Source of the DNA: Schmidtea polychroa
Taxonomy: Eukaryota
Direction: 5' to 3'
Assembly: GCA_044892525.1 (NCBI GenBank)
Contig: CM097885.1
Location: 166,470,001 to 166,534,000 of the forward strand
DNA length: 64,000 bases
A program made the position numbers and the translations under genes. Position 1 is the stretch's first letter; each line of letters begins with the position of its first letter. The notes below the pieces were generated by a model that had not been told where the DNA came from, made no database searches, and saw nothing but the letters and a program-made list of their open reading frames with translations. Positions 34,620-48,900 of the stretch are shown here, piece by piece.

Positions 34620-34870
34620 TGTTCCGATCTTTATTATCAGTTTACATGTAATGGGTGTAATGCCACATACATAGGAGAGACTTGTCGTCATCTCTGTATT
34701 CGAGCTTGAGAATATTATAGACCGAAGGCTTTGACCAATATTAGTGAGCACAATAAGGGCTGTAAGAGTAAAATAAGTCTGATTTTAAAATGTCATTAAA
34801 AAATTTCGATAATTATTGGGAACGTGTAATTTGTGAGGCGTTGTTGATTAAATCATTGAATCCGAAAACT
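34620..34870 (+). mobile_element. Penelope-like element GIY-YIG endonuclease remnant
   Basis: YQFTCNGCNATYIGETCRHLCIRA*E ... ERVICEALLIKSLNPKTNVQ. Confidence 0.8.
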
Positions 34871-36871
34871 AATGTGCAGAATGCAGATAATAAAATGGAT
34901 AACTTGAAAGAACCAAAAGAACGAGAAGAGATCATATTAAAACGACATTAACAGGCAAGTGTAAAGAGAGAACATAGAATTCAGCTTGCATAACAGTCGT
35001 CAGAGGGCAAAAGTTTATCTCTATTTGAAAAAATTTATGGTAGGAGTGTTTATTTATATTCAAGCAGATATATCAAGAAGATTATTGATGGAACACACAA
35101 ATTATAACTCAAATAAAGCTGCAGATAAAATGATAGGTATGGACACAACAAAGGGATGCACTCGTGATTTTGCAATGTGGGAGGATGTATTAGTACGGCA
35201 ATACTAGTACACAAAGAATCACAAAACAGAAACAAGGACGTTATGCAGTACGAGGGACACAAAATATTTTAGAACAACATGAAGTGCTTATTTTCACTGA
35301 ATATTAATTTTGTTGCATAAAATTAAATTTTAAATATTAAAAAAAAACAAACATCCGAATCGCCATTTAGGGATCGGGGAAGCTAATGGGCTAACTTGAT
35401 CCTTACATCGAATAATTATCGTTAATCCGACATACCAAAAAAACTTTTAATGCTTATTTTAGTTTTAGCATATCTAACAATATCTAATTACGATTGAATT
35501 TACTTTCTCTTGATGATCATATTCAAGTAAGAATGCATTATTCTATTAATTTATTAGGGTAATAAAAATAATTTAAATTTCTATTAGCCGCCTCGTTTCT
35601 TATTTTCTCGGACTATCAATCAATAAATTGATTATATTTGATTATATTCGATGTTGAAATTTTCAAGTGTTTATTGATAAATTTAAATTATGTACGCCAA
35701 TAAAAAGAAAGAAATGTTTTATATTTTACTTAATTGCATAACTTACCAGATGAAAAACATAGAAAAAGACGACTTAACGAATGCATCAAAAACAAAACCA
35801 TCAATTAACATGAACATTGGAAAAAGTACAAATGGTGGTCAGTGAGACTCCTGAGAGTCTCAAATTACTATTCTTGATAGACTTGATTGATTAGTGAAGT
35901 TTTTCACGGTAAACAAAAAACCAGCATTTATTTTTTAATATGGTATCACCATGGCCAATAATATAAATCATTGATAATTCAAAATACAATTTTCTACAAG
36001 GAGTATTTTAAAATTCTTTTAAAAGATTGGCATTATTATCAACTCTTTTTTCATTTTAATCTTCTTTTTCAAATTACGTAAAGTTTAAAAACTTTAATAA
36101 TTGTCGGCAGTAAAGGAATTATTTATTCAAACATAATTCAAACAAATAGATAATTAAATAATTTTCCGAGTTAAAAATTAATTGAGAATTTGGACCAAAT
36201 AACTAAATTTGGAGGATCTTTCTAATTAAATCTTTCATTTTTTTATTTCTTTATATGCACCAAAGAAATATAATTATTTTTAGAAACCAATTTAAATAAT
36301 GTTATAAGAACTTTCAATTTTCACCTTTGATTTCTTTTCAATTAACATTTTATTTATTAAAAAATTGACTATGAATCAGAAAATCATACATTCCATTTCT
36401 CGATATTGCAGAATTTTGATTAATTTTATAAATAAAATTTAATTAAAAACCAATAAAAATTTTTAAATTATAAAAAAATACTTTTGGTTTTAATTAGCAT
36501 AAATAAATAAAATTTATTAGAAAACGCTTGAAAAAGATTTTCTTTTTTAGCATTAAAATTAATTAAATTAAATTATTATCCAATAAAATTAATTTAAAAT
36601 ATTTGTTGATAAAAAAAGTTCATTGGTTAAAAAACAGCTGAAAAATATAATAGATTTATTGATCGATAATTTAAAAAAAGAAAAAACTCGAAAGTGGCAA
36701 AGAGAAAAATATTTTGTAAAATGCACATCAAAATCAATATGAAAACAGCACTTCTGGAATTTCGATATTAAAACATAGCAGATAATCAATTTGAAGTAAT
36801 AGTAAGGATAAGTAAGTAAAATTTTGGTGAGTTGACAAAAATGAATAATTCATAAAAATACTAAAACTCAC

Positions 36872-39347
36872 AAATAAGCTCGAATCGATTAATTTTCCAG
36901 CATCATTCTTCCCTATCTTAGTAATGGGTTCGTTGGGATTCTTTTGAAGGGAATCATCAATTTTAACAGAATTAACTCCGACTGATTTTTGATGGACGGT
37001 TGAAAATGTGACATTTTCCAAAGATTGTTTATTCAATAAATTTGTTGCTTGAATTAAATTTGGATTAATATTTTTGTGGGGACACAAGGAATTCTAAATA
37101 AATTAAATATTTTATAGAATTATATCAATTATAGGATATTTTAATGCATTTTAAAGTATTTTAATGCATTTTAATGCATTTTATGAATCTTTTGAAAAGT
37201 ATCAAGATATAAGTATTATAATTAGAACTTAATTAAAACGCTCATTATTGCTAAGTAATGATTTTGTTGGGTATTTTGTAGTTGGCCGGTGATTATTAAA
37301 CTACCAATTACTGGTTTGACTCCGAGCGTGTTATTTAATGACGACAATGACAAATCCCAACGATGTAAAACTTTATTGATTATCACAATTGATTACAACG
37401 AATCCAACGATACCAATTGTCAATACACTTCATATGTTTCAGATGCTTATTACAACCCTCCAAGGAGGAATAGCACAATAATGATATACTCTAAGAACAC
37501 ATCCACTTTACTAATGCCGGTAACGGGTGATTCTCAAAATTGATCTGATTGGCTTTTGACTTGATTGGAATTCCTCAAATACTTCTGATTTATTAATCCA
37601 GTACGCAAATTTTCCTCTTGTCTCTCTTCCAACTGTTTCCCTTATTCTAATTAATTTATTTAAAATCTCCTAGCTCTTCCATCTCTCCTGGTCTGTGTCC
37701 AGTTTTTATACCTTGCCACCTAACGACACTTATTGATAATGCATTTATTTTTTACCTGCTCTATTGGTCACCCCGTAATCGCTGACACCTGTCGAGATAC
37801 ATATATTTTTTTGACGATACCAACTCTTGGATTCCCCATGTCCTTTCTTTTCTTTATCTCGAATAAGCTATCACGATAACAAGATAATTTTAACTTTGTT
37901 TTTCGTCTTTTGCACTTATACTTGTTGATTAAGAATGCCCTTCTTTTATTCAATTGTCTGCTTTAATAGATTTTCTTCTATTCCCTTCTCACTTTTTAAT
38001 ATCTCTTTTTCTCTCCTATTTCACTAATTCCAGAACAACCCATTCATTTATCATCATTTCCTCAATCATTTTACGCATTTAATAATTATAATGAGCTATT
38101 AGACGGTCTCATCGTAATCTATATAAATCTTGGCTATGCATATTTCGCCGATGTGATTCAATCATCATCAATGACTTTGAAAATGTGTCCTCCGTCGATT
38201 GTCACTTACTGCACCTCATTGGACTAAACGAACCTCAATAAAAATGTTTCCCCTTTTTCATATCGTCGCTGGACTCAAAGAGATAAACTGTCAAATGATA
38301 AACTGATATCGAACCTCTCTCAATTTAACCTCGATTATTTAAACTCTTACTGATAATGATATAATGATACATAAATTAAATGTCATATCTGTATTATTTC
38401 AAATGAATTTCTTTTTGTAAATATTATTATTAGTGGTGCTCTATCTATTATTTTATCTGGAAGCGGTTAAATGAACATGTAATTTTTTTAATGCAAATTA
38501 TGTAAAATTAATTATATAAAAAACTTCATTGGTTAAAAAACAGCTGAAAAATATAATAGATTTATTGATCGATAATTTAAAAAAAGAAAAAACTCGAAAG
38601 TGGCAAAGAGAAAAATATTTTGTAAAATGCACATCAAAATCCATGTTAGAAAATTCTTTGTAAAAAATTAATTTGAAATTGTAATTAAAACTTTGTTTGT
38701 TTATATAAGTTGTTTCGTAAATACTTTTTGGATTTTCAAATAAAAATTATAAAATTTTGAAATTTATAAATGTCGTTATTCAATGGTAATTTTTTCCTCA
38801 AAAATGTTAAAGCTGTTGATCAAAGTAAATTTGAATCGAATATTTTATCCAAAGTATACAATGGATCTGTACAACCATACAAAACCACCACAATAATTAT
38901 TTTTGTTATATTATTTAGCTAACCTCAACAATTTAATTATAATAAATAATAAGGATATTTTTTTATTATTTAAGTAAAGCCCTCTTAGGTTTCGACGATT
39001 TACCACTTGAGAACATTCTTAGATATCTCAGTGCCCTACAAAACTTGAACCTGATTTCAATTCCAACAACATGCGTGCAAATGAATTTCTTGAAACAAAC
39101 ACTGTGTAGTACACCAAACAGAGAAAGTACGGCGCTTGAACTAGTCAAAAGTAATCCATCACATTTTTCCGTATTTATCTATTTCATTTTGAGCAATAAC
39201 CTTTACATCAACAGCTGGAACATAGAAGCAAGTTGTATTTCTGCTGGAAATGAAATAATTGCCCATTCATAAGCTTGCATCCAATTTGAAAAATTAAGTC
39301 GTTTCACTGGAGTAAATTATTTATTGACATATTGTTTCCATTAAAAT

Positions 39348-39399
<52 letters not shown>

Positions 39400-42300
39400 C
39401 CTGACATATATTGCGCATCTGCATATGATTCTGTGACGCATTATTTGCCCATATCATAACATCATGCAATGTCATTCTTGTTCTACATATATCTCTCCAT
39501 CTCCCACCAATTTGTTGGGACATTAAATTATAAGAATTGTAGGATTCCGCACTAAAACTAGACGAATTTCGGCTTGAATGTTCAACGTGACAATTTTGAG
39601 TTTCTAAGTGATTATGATTGAAAGACTTTGTTACAGATTTGGGTGACACTGAATATCGAGCTATTCGTTTTCTTCTGTTGAGAGTCGCTGCAAAAGAGAA
39701 TTATAATTACAATATATTTAAACTAACATTTAGACGACACCCCTTTTTCATTTTTCTGTTCGAAAGACATTGAGAATCTTCTAAATGACTTTTTGTGTTT
39801 TGAAGAATTATCTAAGGTATTTCTACGTTTTGTAAGGTGATTCACAGAATAAAAACTATTTAGTGCAGAACAATGGGAACTGTCGGCACATACGCGATTA
39901 GGAATTTGATAGCAAGTGCTATTGCTACAGCTCAGGCATCCCAATCTCGATTGTTCACCAATATTTTGATTTTGAACGGATTCCTTAGAAAAACAGCTTT
40001 GTTGATTAACAATACCACTATGACAGCATGAATTTGGAATAGATATATTCCCGATAGGACCACTGGTTACTATACAAGGTTTGCCAGCATAAGAATTCGA
40101 TCTACGAACTAAAATAACTTGATTACCTTTTCGCTATCAAATAAATACATTTAAGGTCTGACAAAATAAATATAAGCGAAACTCATATCAATGTGTCATG
40201 AAAGTTGGTAATATGTCAATTTTATTTATACCTTTGATAAAAGTAGTACAACTAAAAATTTATCAATCAAAAAAATAATAACAAATTTTGAAGTTTGAGA
40301 GACTTTTTTGTCTAAACTCTATATCTTTGTCATCCAAATCCCAACATATCATTGATATCGAGTTGAAAGGAATTATTCTGTAAAAGGTAAATATCAATGA
40401 ACTCATAAAATCATTTATGAATACAAATTCAACAAGATTTTGCCACAACTTCAAAACAAGTGAAAATATTTTCAATAAAATCATAATTTTTTTGTTTCTT
40501 TTCTTTGAAACTTTAATAAATGAAATTTTAATTGATTATGTGCGATTATATTTTCGTATTTGCAGAAAATACTAAATTGTACATTTTAGAAATAAATTAT
40601 ATGGTTTTCAATTTTTAAACACTTCCGCAAACCTTAATTTATTAAATTGCAATTCCAGAAATCCAGAGTTCGCAAATACGAAATTGCTTAGTTGCACTAA
40701 ATTTTAACTAATCTTTTAATTCTCAATAAACAAAATTTAAACCGCTGGTATAAAAATGTCCCTATATATATGTTAGGACACTAAAATGTTGGACAAATGT
40801 TAAAAAGATAAACAGAATTGTTACGCAGAATATAGAAAACGAATTGAAGTTTTTGTTAATCAATAATCTTACCGGTGTTTTGTCCAATGAGATTTTGAGT
40901 GCCTTTTAAGAAGTTTTCAAGAGTAGGACAAGTTTCTCGATCATATCTTACATTCGTTTGATGAACGTTTGTTGGAGGCATTGAAACACAAGAACGCAGT
41001 GAACCGTCTTGTTGATAAATGAAGAAACTAGCTGAACTGTTTTCAGCACTACCAATAGTAGCTAGAAATAAATATTTGACATGGAAAAAAGAATGAATAA
41101 ATTTATAAATATTACAAAAATAATCTGCCGAAAATTAATAACATCAATTTTAAGAATTGTAAAATACGATTGACACTTAATTTAATTATTTTATTAGATT
41201 AATTTAAATTTAAATTGAATTAAATTAATTATGAGATAGAAGTCATCGAATACTTTGCATTCGTTCAGTAAATAAATCGTATTATGCATAAATACATCAT
41301 TTTCCAAAAAATATACTTCGTTTGTATGCTAAGACAGACCCGAATCAACAATATAAATAAAAATAGGGAGAATAATGCCTTTGAAAGGAAACAATGAGCT
41401 GATAAGATTTAAAAAGATTAAGAATAAAATAATTGAGTAGAAAAACTTGTAGGATTTTACATGCAACGAAAAAGTATTCATTACAAATTATTGTCAAGAT
41501 TATATTAGAAATTATGGAAATATCACATTTTAAATTATTTATGTGGATTTTATTGGCAAAAATATTTTTAATTTTAAATTTATTATTACATAATAAATTG
41601 TAAGAACTTTCTTCAATTTTCACTTCTGATTTCTTTTCAATTGGCATTATATTTATATAAAAAAGACATCGATATCTTTACTGATTCATAGTCAATTTTT
41701 CAATAAATTTAAATAATTAAATAGATATTAATAAAATTTAAAAATTTATAAATCATATTTGAATGACGTTTTGTATTATTTAAATCAACGTCATGTTTAT
41801 GTTATTATTTTATATAATTTTATTTATCGTTAAATAATCAGGAAAAAAATATAAATAAAATATTCAAAACAAATCTAATCATTTCAAAAAAGAAATATTT
41901 TATGATTTTGTAAAGAAGGCTACATATTAATTCTTCTAAAGTCTGATAAAAGTTAATAAAAGGAAAAATGATAAATAATTAAATAATCAAATTAACAGTT
42001 ATTTTATAAAATGTCAATTGTACCTAGACGTGGAATTTTTGATTTTTTTTATTTGAAAATTTTAAATTAACTTAATATCCCATGATATATATCTTGTCAT
42101 AAATAATTTTAAAATTGGTTGAATTCACAAAAGCTATAATTTACAATACTTATTCTGTATTTAATTTTACCTGTTTTATCTTCAATAGGAGTAGATCTAC
42201 TGCCATCTTTAGTTGTTTTCTTAGTATTTTTGAATGACAAATAAACAAATATTCCAGGATTCCATATTGAATCTAGTAATGATCGACTTTGAAGTCCAAA

Positions 42301-42889
42301 ATACAACTTTTCGGTAACATTATTAACACAATTATTTTCACCACTATCATTAATAGACACAGGTTCCGGTTTCCTACTTAACAAATGGCATGATAAATAT
42401 TAAAAACACGTTTGTATTTTCATATTCTAATGTTTGTTTTGTACTAATAAATAAATTATGGATACATTAGTAAAAATTTATATTTCTAGGTTGATAGAAC
42501 AGTTTCATTTCTGTATTTCCATATTTCTGTGTTAATTATGGTTGTATACTCTTAATTATTATCATTGGAAACCTAGTTGAAAGCAAATCTGGTAAATTTC
42601 CAGCAAAAAATATTCAAAACTATTGGCGAAAAAACAAAAGATTAATATCTTAATTTTATTATAAGTATTCATTCTATACTCGAAACACTTGTGAAAAATC
42701 CTCTAGAAAAAACAGGGCACCTTTGAAATTATATTTTAAGGTTATCTTGAAAATGATAACGAATTTATATTGTGTCCTAAAAATTGTTAAGAAAATTATA
42801 TCCTGGTAATAAAACAAAAATGGAATGTCAAGATATGAATATTAAAAATGAGTGTGCCACGTTATCGAAAAATTTCCCAAAAGATACCA

Positions 42890-42929
<40 letters not shown>

Positions 42930-45900
42930 TCTTTCTGTTTTAGGGTATTATTCTTCTTCGGCTACTTCCAGTAACTTCATGTGGAATAGAAAGATAATTT
43001 AGAAACATTATATAGAATAATCATTTTGGTTGGAGAAAAAGAGGCTGCTAATTTATAATTTCAGGGCTTTTATGTAAAAGTTTTCGGTTACTTTTATGTG
43101 AATGTTATTTTTTGAGATATATTTTACAAAAATCAAATCTAAAAAATAATTATTTCCCCTAAAAATATGAATGTAAATGTAAATTAAATTATAGGTAATA
43201 TATAATAATTAATATAAAAGAAAATTATAAAATTATTAATGAAATTTATTTTGTCTCCCTTCTGTTAAAAATTTGTAGCCGCTGATTAATTTTAACTTTA
43301 GAATTTGTATATCCCATCTGAAACACACAAAATTTTTACAAAATATAAATTCTTATTAAAATTAGTAAAATAAGATAAAGTAATAATTACTTGTAAATGG
43401 GAAATAACTTTAGAAATTGTTGTTTCCAAATAAGAAACGAAGATTTATTGAAGATAGCGCAAAGAACAAATATAAAATTTAATGAAAAATAACTGAAATT
43501 GTGCAGAATAAATACATTGATGCTCGGTTTTAATTCTAAAGGGCATCTCGTAATATCATTATCATTGTCAATCATTGTAGGCATTAGGGAATATTTTAGT
43601 CTGCATCTAATCATTAACATTACCACCATCAAGAATGATATAAAACAGTAGGAATCTTACAATAATTGTTTCTTTAAAGCATTGTACCACAACTTTTCAT
43701 GGCTGTAAATATATGTATGCGTGTAGATAGAGAAACTCCAAAATATCCACAATAAAATTATTATAAATACTGAATGAATAATATATTTCACAATTAAAAT
43801 ATAAAAAATTAGTTTTTAGGTGACAAGAGGTCATTGTAAAGTATTCGTTAAAGAAATACATTTAGATTTGATAAATAAATAGACAAAAATTCATTCGAAA
43901 AACAATTTTTAAATCTTAAATATTAGACGAGACCAGTCAGTTCACGTATGAAAAGATCATTTTGAAATATACTATGTGTTACTGATGATTATATCTTCAA
44001 CGGGAATAATTCATCAAATTATTAGATTTGTGTTCGCTAGATAAAACTTGCCCATTGAGATTCAAACCAAGCAAATCCTGTCGTGAATGTCGATTGATAT
44101 TATTTCCGTACAACGAGTCAATGCTTGAAAGAACCTTTCATATCACACTTCATCGATTTTATCTTCTCTGTATTCACTCAAGTTTCTTCAATATGCATTG
44201 GTATCAAAATTGATTCATTTTCACCCAAAATATTCATTTTAAAATTCCAATAAAGAAAATTCCAGAATTATAAATATGAATTGATTCACAAATACAATAA
44301 AGAAAACGAGTCAATTCCAAATTTCGAAATCAATTAATCAAACTCCAGTTAAATGAGATAACAAATCCAACAAAGATAATTCAAAAAACAGATCAACGAA
44401 GATATATGCACACAGTCATAACACACATCTGCATACACAGACCAATTAATAATAGCAGGATATTTAAGAAATAACTTTCTATATATTTTTCTTTGTTTTG
44501 AACTACACGTTTTAATGAGATCAGTGAGTATAGTATATTAAGAGCACCAGGTACTACAATTCATAGTATAAAATGCTGTAAATCCTATATTGCGGACGTC
44601 GACAACCGTGGAAGAACACAATACACATGCGGACAAAAGTGGAAAAATGGGGGCGATGATAAGAGATATATCTGCGGTCAATCCTCTACCAAAATAGAAA
44701 ATTTGGTTTTAATATATTTCAAGCTGAAATTTATCAGTTGATGAGTCTAATAATCAACGTTTTTTATTTAAATAAAGAAAGTTTGCCCATAGAATTAATA
44801 TCAAATTCAAGCGATGTTTTAGACCATATCCGCTACAAAAGTTTAACAGATCCATCAGTTTTGGATACCGCTGAATAGTTAATAAATAAAATAATTCCTG
44901 ATAAAGATACAGGAACTTTAACTATTGTCGATACTGGTATTGATATGAAGAAAACTGATTTAAATAGTAAGATCAGCAGCTAATTCTTTTAGAGAAGCGT
45001 TGCAAACATGCGTTGATATCAACGATAGGTAAATTTGGTGTTGGTTTCTACTCGTTTCAAACACTGTTTCAAATAGATTTCAAGTTATTTCAAAAAGTAA
45101 TGATGACTAACAATATTTAGCGGAAATCATTCTAAAAGAGCTCCTTCTGATTTAATTGAAAATAAAAAGAAGCGTAACTAGATCAAACTGTATATTCATA
45201 AATTATTCATCTAATTTAATTATTATCTAATTTATAAATATTTGAATTTTGTCAAATGTGTAGTTGATAGTGAGAATCTTCCATTGAATATTAGTCGTGA
45301 AATCCTTCAATAAGAAAATTTTTTGAAAGTAATCAGAAAAATTTTGTAAAAAAAATGCTTGTAACAATTTGAGAAAATAATGTAAGATAAAGATAATTAT
45401 AAAATATTTTGTGAACAATTTGCAAAAAAACATCAAATCAGGTATTCATGGAGATAGTGTAAATATAAATAAAATATCTGAATTTTCGCGATTTTATCCA
45501 ACGTCAAGTGATAATGAAATGACAAGTTTGAAAAATTATGTTTCCCGATTGAAAAAAAAATCAAAGAGACATTAATATTACTGACGAAAACAAAGATAAA
45601 AGAATTCATCCAGGCAGTCCAATGATCCCTACCACAGCATGTTATCCAAATATTGAATAATATTCCAGAGTATAGTTTACTAACAATCAAACATTATAGC
45701 TTGTCCGTTGACCGAAATGAAATTGATAAGATGCCACTAACACTTCCAACTTCGTAACTCAAAATCAGGAAAATTACAATTTCTTCACAAATCATAATAA
45801 AAATTAAACTATAATTAGAAAAACTATCCCACGTGCCCTTTCTCTTATTAAAACAACTTTTCTTAATAAACATTAATTATTGAACATCACTAGGTAGACT

Positions 45901-48900
45901 ATTATTTGACTCATAAATTAAAAAATCTTACAATTAATTGATGGATCTAAAATTATCGCATATCCTAGAAAATTAATAAACAGTTATGTAAGAAGTTGTA
46001 AAGGTTCTGTATCTCACATAAAATATTTTCATTTAATTATAAAGTAGAATTGAATTGTTAACTCTTAAATGAACCTCGTTAATAGTTTAAGATTTATTCA
46101 ATATTTAATATAAATTTAAAATATAATGAAATTTAATATTAATTTAAATTTAATATAAAAATAACAATAAACAAAACTAACTATAAAAAGTAACTGTTTT
46201 ATTCATCCGAATAGAATGCACCTTATACTGATTAGTTGCATAAACATTCAGATGTTTCTGAATCAATTTTAAATGACCAATGGCTTTTGAAAATATACTA
46301 AAATATTTTCCATATACACAAAAAATATTACTTATATTAATTATAATTGATAATATTATCAAAATAATTGTTAAAGGCAGCAATGCCAGACATAGTCGAA
46401 CTACCATATAATCTGTGGAAATAAAGCAAATTCCCGATAACGGATCACCTTTGATCTGAGATTGACAATGTAACAAGAAATTTACATAAATTATGATTAT
46501 TTGTGTATATATATTCTACCTCGCCAATAGTCAAGCTGATAATAAGAAGAGCAGCAGATATCAGAACAACAAATAACTGACTACTCAAACTGTGATTTCT
46601 GGAGTTAATCAAATCGCAATTTATCCCAAACCCTGAAATTTTCAAGTCATTTCTATCTATAAAAAAACTATTATTTAAATAGAAGAATCAATGAAACAAA
46701 AATTGAGTTATTCGTGCAAAAAAATAAGTAATCAAAATATATTTAAATTTAAAATCCAAAATACTGAAAAGAATAACAGAGATTGTTTATATTAATTATA
46801 ACTGTTACTATACAACCATAATCATTTCTTATTAACCGTTTGCGGACGGAATTAATTTTAATAAGTTGTATTTTTTGGCATACAATTTTTTAGTATACGA
46901 ATGCCCGATAATGTAGTATGATTTTTTAAAGTTTGGTCAGCACAATTGCCCATTATACTAAGTTGAAAGTCTGGAACGAAATTCGTGGCCAGCAGTGATG
47001 GTCTACCGTCCGCAAACGCTTAATACACCCGTCTGCACTGACTAAGCACAACTATAATATGGGTTGGTGTGTAGTACACACTGTGTACAACCAATTATAG
47101 ATGCGTCATTATTTGTGATGGAATTTTTTGGAGTGCATGTGGCTAATTTAAATATATATATATATTCAGTTTAACTACTTATTTAGCAATTTTAACTATT
47201 TGTATTTAGCCATTTTAGAAATGGGTTTCAAGTAATTTTTTTTATTTAAGTAAACTTTAAGGCTTGGATTTTGATCCATATAGATATGAGAACATTATTC
47301 AAGCTCTTAAATATTACTTTATATCAACATTTATTATTATAAATTATTTTTAATTAATTTTTCAGGAGTTTTAGAGGTTTTGACCGGTTTGCATGTCCTG
47401 GTTTCCATTTGATGCGGTGATAACAATGGAACCTGGAAAATCTTTGATTATATATTATGTTGAAAAATTATATTTGTGTGATTGAAAATTTAATTTTATG
47501 TAAAAGGATTTTTAAAAGTTTTTGAAAATATATGGTTAAAAGATGCTTTGTTTAAAAAGTTTTGTTTAAATATTCATGCTATTTAGATTGTGAAAGTAAA
47601 CTAGTTTCAAAATGTAATGTTATTTTTGAATTAAAATTTAATTACAATTGAAGTTAATTATTGATGAAAATTACTGTTTTTTGAAATATTTCAATGAAAA
47701 ATAATTCTGACCACAATATATCTTTTATTAAATATTCCGGTATTGATAGCATAGAAAAGTACTATGAAACAATTAGTATAATCGGTTCGGGTTCATATGG
47801 AATAGTTTATAAAGCAAAATGTTATCTGATGTATGCTTGTGGGCATTGAAAAAATTTATCCAGCATATTTTAATGATATCACACTAGAGACTACGTTTTC
47901 CATAATAATGAGTGTACTAGATTGTTGTAAATAATTGTAGATAATCGTAAATAATTGTTGTAAACAATATGCTAACTAGGTTCTGTGTTTTTTATTTATT
48001 ATCTTCCCCGCTACATCTGGGAAAGGTAACTTTAAAAAAACTTATAGCGATAATTTACTACTGTAGTAAATTATCGCTATACTAAATTAAAAGAAACAAA
48101 AAATCGAAAATAAAATCAACACAAAAAGGATTGATTCAACAAAACCTAGCCGTTATAATTCGAAAAATATTACCTTTGTTAATTAGTTCATATTAAATTA
48201 CGCGAACGAATTATTTTCAGCATTGATTGAAAATTTGTATACTTGTGTATTCGCGTTAACAAATGCATTGTATTTTGTTGGTGTGGTTAAAAAAAATTAG
48301 TAAATATCAAATATATAAAAACAAAATATCTGAAAGCACATAATTATATTAACATTAATATTTTTTAATAATATTATTTATCTAAGATGACAACAAATTA
48401 ACACACAACGAAAAAAAGAAATTTTAAACTAACCTAAAATTCTAGGTTATAAAATTAAAATGTATTATTAAATATTGAACTTTCTTAAAATAAAATTTAG
48501 TTTATGAAAACAAATATTTGTATAAATTATTGTTTAAATAGAGGTAGTCTCGAAGCTTTATAGCGAAATATTCAATGAAATCAAAAATATATATATATTA
48601 TATAAACTGATAAAGGTAAAATCAAAATTTCAGCCAATATAAGAAAGTTTTCAATAAATTAAATTACCAGCAAATTATATTAACGTTTCATAGAATATTG
48701 AAACAAACTTTAAGATATTCAACATTTGTAAACTGAAAAATCCTGACGAACTTACTAGAACTTATTAAGAAGCAGTACGGGAGTACCTGTGCGTGCCGGT
48801 TGAATCCCATCACTATATATAAGCCCTTTATCTATCAGTCACTTTGATCTCAATCAATATACACATGACTCTGGCAATAGTAGCGCCCCGATGTAAAAGT

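Noticed and set aside
40279-40372. Possible extra Smoothened exon
   Set aside because: Phase incompatible; 40873 splices in frame directly to 40108.
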